DNA of 64,000 nucleotides from Candidatus Latescibacterota bacterium (GTDB lineage Bacteria; Latescibacterota; UBA2968; UBA8231): NCBI GenBank assembly GCA_965215195.1, contig CBDCDC010000002.1, positions 64,001 to 128,000 of the forward strand, read 5' to 3'. Shown piece by piece: positions 56,782 to 64,000 of this stretch (position 1 is its first letter; each line of letters starts with the position of its first letter). The notes under the pieces were generated by a model. It saw only the letters and a program-made list of their open reading frames with translations, ran no database searches and was not told where the DNA came from. The position numbers and the translations under genes were made by a program.

Positions 56782-58089
56782 ATGCGTATAGACCGCCTCG
56801 ACATCCAGAATTTCCGCTGCTTTGCAGACCAGGCGTTTGTCTTTGACCCCCGATTTACCTTGCTGATCGGCGCAAACGGAACCGGTAAAACGGCAATTCT
56901 CGACGCCTTGGCCGTTGCCTTGGGGGCTGCATTGATCCCGATTCCCCATGTACAGAGCAGGGGGATCGGCCATCGAGATGTTCGTCGCACCTATCGATTC
57001 ACGGGTGAGACCGGACACTTTGTGGAACACTATCCGGCCCGCATTGAGGCGAGCGGAACCGTTGGGGAAAGGGAACTGGTTTGGGTGCGCGAGTTGAAGT
57101 CTGCAAAGTCCCAGACGACCCGGGCAGGAGCTTATGCAATCAGGCAAGCAATGGGGGACTTGGTCCGTCGAAGCACTGACAACGATCGCATCGCTTTCCC
57201 CTACATCGGCTACTACGGCACTAACAGGTTTTGGCTTGAGCAACGGTCAACAGCTAAAGGAAAAGTCGATCCGGTCGGGCGTAGTTCGCGCTACATTGGT
57301 TATCAGACTTGCCTAACCCCAATCTCGTCCACGCGGTACCTAACCGCATGGGTCAAGCGCCTCGCCCTCATTGAGGCCCAGCGGAGGGAACGCCTAAAAA
57401 CGCTTCACGCCGTTTACAAGGCCATTGCCGCTTGCGTCGAGGATGCCATCGCCGCGGAGTTCGACTTTGAAGAAGATGACATCGTCGTTGAGTTTGGCAA
57501 AGACGCCCACATTCCCTTTCAACTGTTGAGCGACGGCCAACGAAGTATGGCGGCCATTGCTGCCGACATGGCCATGCGCTGCTCCCAACTCAACCCGCAC
57601 CTGAACGAACGAGTGCGCATGGAGACCCCCGGCATTGTGTTGATTGACGAGCTCGATCTGCACCTTCACCCACGATGGCAGCGCGGCGTCATAGAAGACT
57701 TGCTCGAGACGTTTCCCCGGCTGCAGTTCATCGCGACTAGCCACTCTCCGTTTGTCATTCAGTCCGTACATCAGGGCGGTGTAATCAACCTCGATCAGGG
57801 CGATGACGGCCCCGAGACGCCGGAGTTGCAGAGCATTGAGGATGTCGCCGAAAACGTCATGGGCGTTGACCTGCCGCAACAAAGCCTGCGTTTTCAGAAA
57901 ATGGTGGCCGCGGCCGAGGAGTATTATCGTCTCATTGAAAGTAGTTCAACTGAGAACGACTCGGAGGTCAAAGCCCTCCGCGAGCGACTTGACGAACTGG
58001 AAGAACCCTTCGCAGACAATCCGGCCTATGTCGCATTCTTGCGCTTACAGAGGACGGCCAAAGTTGGACCAACTCATGCGCAGAGTTGA
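56782..58089 (+). CDS. ABC/SMC-like ATPase (PtuA-like)
   Basis: I.NFRCF, G.NGTGKT, LSDGQR, LIDELDLHLHPRWQ and QFIATSHSPF. Confidence 0.88.
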   Translation: MRIDRLDIQNFRCFADQAFVFDPRFTLLIGANGTGKTAILDALAVALGAALIPIPHVQSRGIGHRDVRRTYRFTGETGHFVEHYPARIEASGTVGERELVWVRELKSAKSQTTRAGAYAIRQAMGDLVRRSTDNDRIAFPYIGYYGTNRFWLEQRSTAKGKVDPVGRSSRYIGYQTCLTPISSTRYLTAWVKRLALIEAQRRERLKTLHAVYKAIAACVEDAIAAEFDFEEDDIVVEFGKDAHIPFQLLSDGQRSMAAIAADMAMRCSQLNPHLNERVRMETPGIVLIDELDLHLHPRWQRGVIEDLLETFPRLQFIATSHSPFVIQSVHQGGVINLDQGDDGPETPELQSIEDVAENVMGVDLPQQSLRFQKMVAAAEEYYRLIESSSTENDSEVKALRERLDELEEPFADNPAYVAFLRLQRTAKVGPTHAQS

Positions 58090-58702
58090 GCGAGGACCGT
58101 GGCCTCTGGACGACGCGAACAACCCCAAGAGTTTCCAGCCTTACAACAAAGCAAAGGCCGATCTGCTCAGCAGACTCGGCGAATACTGTAGCTATTGCGA
58201 GCGCCTAGGCGACCTGCACGTCGAACACGTCGTTCCCAAGCGTTATCGGCCCGACTTAGAGCAAGAGTGGACGAATTTTTTGCTCGGCTGCGCGAACTGC
58301 AACGCAATCAAGGGCGATAGAAACCTTTCCCGGAACGGCTACATGTGGCCGGATCAAGACGACACCGAGGCCGTCTTCTCCTATTTGCCCGACGGAATTG
58401 TTCGAGTGCGAGACGATCTTTCCGAGCCAATCCGAACAAAGGCGCAGAAGTTGTTTGATCTCGTCGGACTCGGCCGTTGTCCGGTAAATGAGTCCCGGGC
58501 GCGGGATTTGAGATGGCGCAAGCGCCGCGAGGCGTGGGGGCTGGCCAAGTCCGCACAGCAGCTAGTCAAACAAGGAGCCGATATTGACTGGATGATCCAG
58601 TTGGCGAAGGCAGTTGGCTTCTTCTCAGTATGGATGACTGTATTCGCCGACGATCCTCAGATGTGTGATCGCCTGCGCCGGAGCTTCCTTGGGACGCGAT
58701 GA
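58076..58702 (+). CDS. HNH endonuclease (PtuB-like)
   Basis: CSYCE, VEHVVPK, W.NFLL.C..CN..K; overlaps the ATPase stop. Confidence 0.88.
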   Translation: MRRVERGPWPLDDANNPKSFQPYNKAKADLLSRLGEYCSYCERLGDLHVEHVVPKRYRPDLEQEWTNFLLGCANCNAIKGDRNLSRNGYMWPDQDDTEAVFSYLPDGIVRVRDDLSEPIRTKAQKLFDLVGLGRCPVNESRARDLRWRKRREAWGLAKSAQQLVKQGADIDWMIQLAKAVGFFSVWMTVFADDPQMCDRLRRSFLGTR

Positions 58703-58903
58703 AAGGCAGTTTCACGATGTATGCGTGATGACCACGCAATTCAACGGCGTAGTAGCTCCAGTAGCGCGAGGCGTCAATGGCGCGTTTTTGCTGGGAAGCG
58801 TTGGTTTAGGGTAACATTTTGCGTCGGCACAGGTGTTTCAAGGAACGAAAAGACAGCATTTAAGAGCCTATCCCTTTCGGGGCAATTCTAAATAGGACCA
58901 ATC

Positions 58904-61900
58904 ATGACGCCACTCTATTTCACCGCTTGCGCTCATCCGCGAGTTGCTCCTGCCCTAGCGACCCAGGGCCGCGAAAGCCTGCGACCCTACACTGCGTACC
59001 TGAAGTCCGCGCTCGCTGCCGCCAAGAAGCGCGAGTCGCGGTCGGTGTGCCGGTGGGAGCCCGTCCCGCGGGAATATCCACTGCGGCTCACCCCGATGGA
59101 CTCGCTCCTAATCATGGAAGCCGAGGGCTTCAGCTACCGCCTCAAAGGCTGGTCGGGCGACGCGCCGGGCATGCCGTTGTTCGTCGGAGACCAGTACCGG
59201 CCGATGACCCCCAAGCGCGTTGAGCAAGTTGCCGACGGATTGCTCCTCGTGCTGGACAGCGAGGTTGACCCTGACGATCAAGTCTTTTGGGCGGGCAGGT
59301 CCTGCACATTGACTCCCGCAGATCCGATTTGGCCGGCGGAGTTGGTCGCACGGCGTCTCGACAGCACGGTCGCGCACCTGTTCCAACGCAGGGAAGCAGA
59401 CAGAAATGTCTTCCTAGTCGTCGAAGGCTGTGCCCCTTTTGTCCTCGAAGACGAGCATGGCACCGAGTTGCCCCATCGGGTGGCCGAGCCCCATGAAGAT
59501 GCCACGCGCCTCCATGTCGGCAGAGAGGAGATCCTTTGGACCGGCCAGCGAACCCTGACGCTGGAGAAACCGCCAGATCAAGACGTCCTCCTCGCCGACA
59601 ACGGTGTCCGGTGGCGTTGGTCGGACGACGGAGGTCGTGGCCGGCGACAGCGCGGGGTCTGGGTTCAGCTCCTGCCTCCCGACGAGGTGGACAGCGAGGC
59701 GACCTTGGACATCCGGGCGGCGTACATGGAGGAGGGCGTTCGCGAAGTTCGGACGAAAAAGGGCAACAACCCCCAGCATGCTTTCAAGGTCTGGGGATTC
59801 CGCCGCGACAACTACCAGCTCGAGTTAGAGCGGCTCCCACCCGAGGGATCGACCTTGTTCATTCCGTCTAGCACTTCGGGCCTACAACGCCAGCAGCAGA
59901 CGGTGTTCCGTTTCATGGGCAGCCCATTGCCCCACCATGGTGCCCTTCTAAGACTCTGCGAAGCACCCGACAAGGTCCGTTGGCCGAGGTGCATACCAAA
60001 GGCCGTTTCCCACTGGCACTTGCTTGACGACGAGCGTTGGTCGGGCACCATCCAGCAGCGGGAGTTCGTAGAAAAGGCCCTTGGCACGGAGGACTTCGCG
60101 TTTCTCGAAGGACCGCCCGGATCGGGCAAAACCCACGCCATCTGCGAGTTGGTGCTCCAGTTCATCGATCAAGGACTAAATGTGTTGCTCTGCTCCACGA
60201 CCCATGTCGCCGTGGACAACGTACTGGAGCGGCTCGTCGGTAAGTTCGAGCAAGTTGAGGCCGTGCGTATTGGACTTGCGGACCGAGTGGACCAAACCAT
60301 CCGCAAGGTGCAAATTGATGAGCGCATCTCGGCCTTGGCGAAAACTTGGCGCGACGCCGGAACCTTCGCCAACTTGGACGATGACGCCTTGGAGAGAGTC
60401 GCCGAGACGACGATCCTATCATCCGTGAACCTCACCTGTGGCACGTCCACGGGCATCCTCGCACACCCCTATATAAGGCGCGAGAACGACACAGGGCCGC
60501 GTTGGCCTTACTTTGATGTCCTGATCATTGACGAAGCTAGCAAGACGACCTTCCAAGAATTTCTAGTCCCTGCCCAACTCGCCCGCAAATGGATCATAGT
60601 CGGCGACGTCCGGCAACTCCCGCCCTTCTCTGAGCCTAAAGACCTCGAAGCGAGCATTGCCGAAGTCAGCGACGAGAACGCCGCAACGTTCTCCGACGCC
60701 CATCAGGCGGCACTGCTGATCCTGTTCCGTCTCCAACGCCCGGAAGCGGGGGTCAGGAGGGTCAGGTGGTTGATCGAGGAGTCGGACGATGTACTCGACG
60801 CGCTGAGTGCGGAAATTAAGGCTCGGGTTGTACGCGACGACCCTACGCCAGAGATCGTGCGGGTTGTCCGGGGCCAGTCCGCAGGTAATGAGGTGTCCAT
60901 CGCCGACATTGAGGCTGGCCAACCCGTGGCGCTGTACTTGTCGACAGCCGATTGGATTCTCTTTTCACCTGAGTTGCGGAGTCGCGTTGAGCCCTATCTA
61001 CCGCCGGACGGACTCGCGCTAAGCGACTGGGCCCCGGATTCGATCCGTGCGTACCGATTCGTACACTGGCTCAACCAACGAGGCCGCTTCAACAGGCCCG
61101 TTCGAGAGCGGCGGCAGCGTTTCCAAACCGCCGATGAACTGGCTGCCCGCCAGCAGTCCTTCCTGCGCGAGGAATCTTGGGCCAAGCAAATATCGTGGCG
61201 ACTCGGGAGGGTTCACCAACTTGCCAGTGCTCGAGACGATAGACAGCGTGAACGACGCCAAGGCGAGGTTGATAGCCTTATGCCCGCTGTGGATCCCTAT
61301 TCTAAATGGGTGCCCCCGGCCATTGACGCAATCCGGGATGTCGGAGTTCGCAGCGTGATTGAGTCCTTCCGGGTGCGTAGGAGCAACCATCGGGTTCGCC
61401 GCCTGAGTGCCCTCACCGAGGCACTTCCACCGGATGTTTGGAAAGAGCGGGCGGTGCTGATCGAGTACCAGCACCGTATGCATCCGGACATCTCAAAACT
61501 ACCGCGAGACCAGTTCTACGAGGGAGAGGCACTGAAGGACGCAAATACCCTTGATGAGCGCGACAAACGAGATGGTTGGTCTTTCATGCCCAAGGTGCCT
61601 GCGCGACGAGTGTGGGCGGATGTGCGCGGCCGTGAGGACCGTGGCGTCAACCACGCCGAGATCAAAGCTATGCAGGACTGGTTGGAGGCTTGGAGAGATT
61701 ACGCCAAAACCCACCCGAGAAACGATGGCAAGGACTGGACGGTGGCCTGTCTCTCGTTCTACAACCGGCAGGAATTGGGGACGCGGGACATGCTCCGGCG
61801 ACTCACCGGAAGACATCGTGCTGAGACGCGCTTCCCGCTTCCCAATACAACGATTGTGTGCGCAACGGTTGACCGATTCCAAGGCCGAGAGGCCGACCTC

Positions 61901-62098
61901 GTGTTGCTGAGCCTCAGAAACACCTCGAGGCCCGGTCATATGGACAGCCCCAATCGGCTGAATGTCGGGATTACCCGAGCCCGGTTCCTGCTCGTCGTCT
62001 TTGGACACCGGAAGTACTTCGCCGAGGATTGCCCGTCCGAGGAACTCAACGCGCTTGCAGAGGCCACGCCGTTGTTCAATCTTGGGAGTATGCGATGA
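58904..62098 (+). CDS. Large SF1 helicase (DNA2/NAM7/Upf1-like)
   Basis: EGPPGSGKT, STTHVAVDNV, IIDEASK, VGD.RQLPP, QHRMHP.IS, TVDRFQGREAD and NRLNV.ITRAR. Confidence 0.92.
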   Translation: MTPLYFTACAHPRVAPALATQGRESLRPYTAYLKSALAAAKKRESRSVCRWEPVPREYPLRLTPMDSLLIMEAEGFSYRLKGWSGDAPGMPLFVGDQYRPMTPKRVEQVADGLLLVLDSEVDPDDQVFWAGRSCTLTPADPIWPAELVARRLDSTVAHLFQRREADRNVFLVVEGCAPFVLEDEHGTELPHRVAEPHEDATRLHVGREEILWTGQRTLTLEKPPDQDVLLADNGVRWRWSDDGGRGRRQRGVWVQLLPPDEVDSEATLDIRAAYMEEGVREVRTKKGNNPQHAFKVWGFRRDNYQLELERLPPEGSTLFIPSSTSGLQRQQQTVFRFMGSPLPHHGALLRLCEAPDKVRWPRCIPKAVSHWHLLDDERWSGTIQQREFVEKALGTEDFAFLEGPPGSGKTHAICELVLQFIDQGLNVLLCSTTHVAVDNVLERLVGKFEQVEAVRIGLADRVDQTIRKVQIDERISALAKTWRDAGTFANLDDDALERVAETTILSSVNLTCGTSTGILAHPYIRRENDTGPRWPYFDVLIIDEASKTTFQEFLVPAQLARKWIIVGDVRQLPPFSEPKDLEASIAEVSDENAATFSDAHQAALLILFRLQRPEAGVRRVRWLIEESDDVLDALSAEIKARVVRDDPTPEIVRVVRGQSAGNEVSIADIEAGQPVALYLSTADWILFSPELRSRVEPYLPPDGLALSDWAPDSIRAYRFVHWLNQRGRFNRPVRERRQRFQTADELAARQQSFLREESWAKQISWRLGRVHQLASARDDRQRERRQGEVDSLMPAVDPYSKWVPPAIDAIRDVGVRSVIESFRVRRSNHRVRRLSALTEALPPDVWKERAVLIEYQHRMHPDISKLPRDQFYEGEALKDANTLDERDKRDGWSFMPKVPARRVWADVRGREDRGVNHAEIKAMQDWLEAWRDYAKTHPRNDGKDWTVACLSFYNRQELGTRDMLRRLTGRHRAETRFPLPNTTIVCATVDRFQGREADLVLLSLRNTSRPGHMDSPNRLNVGITRARFLLVVFGHRKYFAEDCPSEELNALAEATPLFNLGSMR

Positions 62099-63192
62099 AG
62101 GCCAGCCTCAAAACAGAAGTCGAGATCCGAGACATCGTGGTGTTCGCCGAGATCGCCGTGTGGGAGAAGAGACCAGACCTTCAGGTTCTGTGCGCTACGG
62201 CTCAGGCTCAAGGTGCTCTCAACGGAGACGCGGTTGATACTGTCCTACCGGGACTGTCATGTCGTGCAAGGGAAAACCTGCTGCGCCACTTGCGCTACAT
62301 TGGGCTTGTTCGGAACGGAGCACTTACCGCCCTCGGACGCCGTTGTGCATCGTCGGGCGAGGCCCCCGCTTGGGAGCAGGGTGTATATCGCCTGCTCGTG
62401 GCATCCCATCCGCTCTTTGATAGCCATGTCCTTGACTTCAGACGCACCCCCGGCGATTGGCGTGACCGCGACTTCGACAACCACGAGCCACTTCCGTCAT
62501 GGCTCTCGCCCAACCGTGACCGAGTGTTCACGTCGATATTCCAGTCGAAGCGGTTCAACATATCGAGATTCCCGGCATCACAAGGCCAAAATCCGGTCTG
62601 CCGCATCGAAGGTATGACCACGGGAAAGTTGCAGTGGGATATTGACCTCGCGTCAGGCGACAACAAGTGGACGATAGAAGGACAGGTGAGCGGAGACTGG
62701 AACCGGCGAGGCAAGTTCCAGTCCGCGCCTGAGTCGGTAGAGCCGGGAAAGTTGGTCGATATTTTCGCGGACTGGGAGCCGCAATGGGATATGCAAATGG
62801 GTCGCCTCGCCATGGAGTATGACGGCAAGATCGGGCAGGGCGGACGCGAGTCGTTCCGGCGGTCTCGGCAGTACAATGATAAGCAGGTCAGGAATTTTGG
62901 CCCGTTCGATGAGATCGTGGTCCGAGATGTACCGGTCAGCCCGGCAACGAAGGATGATGCTCGCACTTGGGCAACCGCCATCCTCGTCGCTCGATCCGAG
63001 GCCGATGATAGCTATATAGTGCCCGACGGTTGGCGGGCGGAGTGGTCAAATGTTATCGAAAATACCCCGCTGGCAGAGTGGGCCGGAGATGCCCCCGATC
63101 TGGTGGCACTCTCCGAGGTAAACGGCCGATCCCTCGCCGCCCGGACGAGGTGGCTGCTCGCCGCGGGTACTGATCTGGAGATGGGGACATAA
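62095..63192 (+). CDS. Hypothetical protein, winged-helix-like N-terminal region
   Basis: ATGA overlap with the helicase; L..L...GLV...ALT.LG pattern. Confidence 0.75.
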   Translation: MKASLKTEVEIRDIVVFAEIAVWEKRPDLQVLCATAQAQGALNGDAVDTVLPGLSCRARENLLRHLRYIGLVRNGALTALGRRCASSGEAPAWEQGVYRLLVASHPLFDSHVLDFRRTPGDWRDRDFDNHEPLPSWLSPNRDRVFTSIFQSKRFNISRFPASQGQNPVCRIEGMTTGKLQWDIDLASGDNKWTIEGQVSGDWNRRGKFQSAPESVEPGKLVDIFADWEPQWDMQMGRLAMEYDGKIGQGGRESFRRSRQYNDKQVRNFGPFDEIVVRDVPVSPATKDDARTWATAILVARSEADDSYIVPDGWRAEWSNVIENTPLAEWAGDAPDLVALSEVNGRSLAARTRWLLAAGTDLEMGT

Positions 63193-64000
63193 TGCGTAGC
63201 GGACCGATCCAACCCGAAAAGGTAAAGAAACCGATTAACCTGAGGGCGGAGGAGCTTCCGCTTTGGGAACATGGCAAGGGCGCGAACATCGACCTTCCTT
63301 GGACCGAATTGAACCGTCCCGACGCCCTCAATGAGGTGCAATCGCTCGTGAAGAATGCTCGCAGTGTCGTCGTCGCGATCGGTGCGACGAAGCCTTCTCT
63401 TGCACTGCTCAATGCTGTCTTTCAGTCTCTTGTTGCGCCTTGCCGACTCTACATCTATGGGGACCGCGCCCTTGAGGCCGACGCTGCATTGGTTCAAAAG
63501 ATCGCGGGCATGGGCGACCGGGTCCTCGTCCGCTTGGGACATCGCCCACCTGCGGACTGGCTCATCGTTGATCAAGGACGCGACGGGCACCTTGTCGTAG
63601 GGCCTACCGCCGAGCACCGAAGATGGGTGATCCCCGTCGGCGACGCCTTGGCGCGGTCGTTGTTTGAGGCTTTTTGTGTGCTGTTTTGGTTTCACACAAC
63701 GAAAGAGGCTCTACCGGACGCTAACGGCGATGTCGCTTTCCGTCCCCCGCTGGAGGCACCGTTCAACTCCCCTGATACCGACACTGACATCACACTCCCG
63801 GCTGGTAGGCTCTGGCTTGACGGAGACCTTGACGATCCAATTCCTGATGCCGAGTTCCGAATTTCACCGAACGCTTCGGATCCTGGACGTGCGCGGGTGC
63901 TGTTCGTTCCTCCCACTAGCGACTTGGCGAGCGGCGGGACAGGTGGCACCGTTGACATCGAACTCCCGACGGAGCTCTGCCGCCGAGGGCACCGAGTGCT
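63192..64000 (+). CDS. Hypothetical protein, 3' partial (possible degenerate PLD-like fold)
   Basis: TAATG overlap; manual translation MRSGPIQPEKVKK...SLVKNARSVVVAIG...RLYIY...WLIVDQ...FCVLFW is open to the window end (absent from the ORF track). Confidence 0.7.
   Translation, partial: MRSGPIQPEKVKKPINLRAEELPLWEHGKGANIDLPWTELNRPDALNEVQSLVKNARSVVVAIGATKPSLALLNAVFQSLVAPCRLYIYGDRALEADAALVQKIAGMGDRVLVRLGHRPPADWLIVDQGRDGHLVVGPTAEHRRWVIPVGDALARSLFEAFCVLFWFHTTKEALPDANGDVAFRPPLEAPFNSPDTDTDITLPAGRLWLDGDLDDPIPDAEFRISPNASDPGRARVLFVPPTSDLASGGTGGTVDIELPTELCRRGHRV

Noticed and set aside
55969-57243. 424-aa minus-strand ORF and other long antisense ORFs
   Set aside because: Shadow frames of well-supported genes in GC-rich DNA, with no recognisable motifs.
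58703-58903. Retron msr/msd or other ncRNA next to the PtuAB-like genes
   Set aside because: No reverse transcriptase and no convincing inverted repeats; more likely the promoter region of the helicase operon.

Overview
GC-rich bacterial DNA; the taxon cannot be determined from the sequence alone. The dominant feature is a ~29 kb minus-strand locus (6.8-35.5 kb) of repeatedly duplicated and shuffled cassettes, directly downstream of a sensor kinase / NtrC-family activator pair. It contains seven consensus sigma-54 promoters (six with a conserved triple-dyad enhancer), three genes for small secreted six-cysteine peptides (one missed by the ORF track), and nine diverged paralogs plus one collapsed remnant of an unrecognised secreted protein family (motif FYLREGVNNP). 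It also holds seven ABC-2-type permeases of two types with locally hypervariable segments and no ATPase, TPR and DUF1573 proteins, a GT2 glycosyltransferase, decayed GT-B and transglutaminase genes, and many deletion scars. Left of it lie an OmpR-type two-component system, a TPR + tandem sugar-binding protein and small remnants. Right of it are housekeeping genes (rnhA, lpdA, class V aminotransferase, SelA-like enzyme, PBP1A, CCA-type nucleotidyltransferase) and defence-like genes: ATPase-HEPN, XPB/DUF790, a Septu-like ATPase+HNH pair, and an SF1 helicase operon running off the window end. No rRNA, tRNA or CRISPR array was seen. All family assignments are from motif recognition, not database searches.
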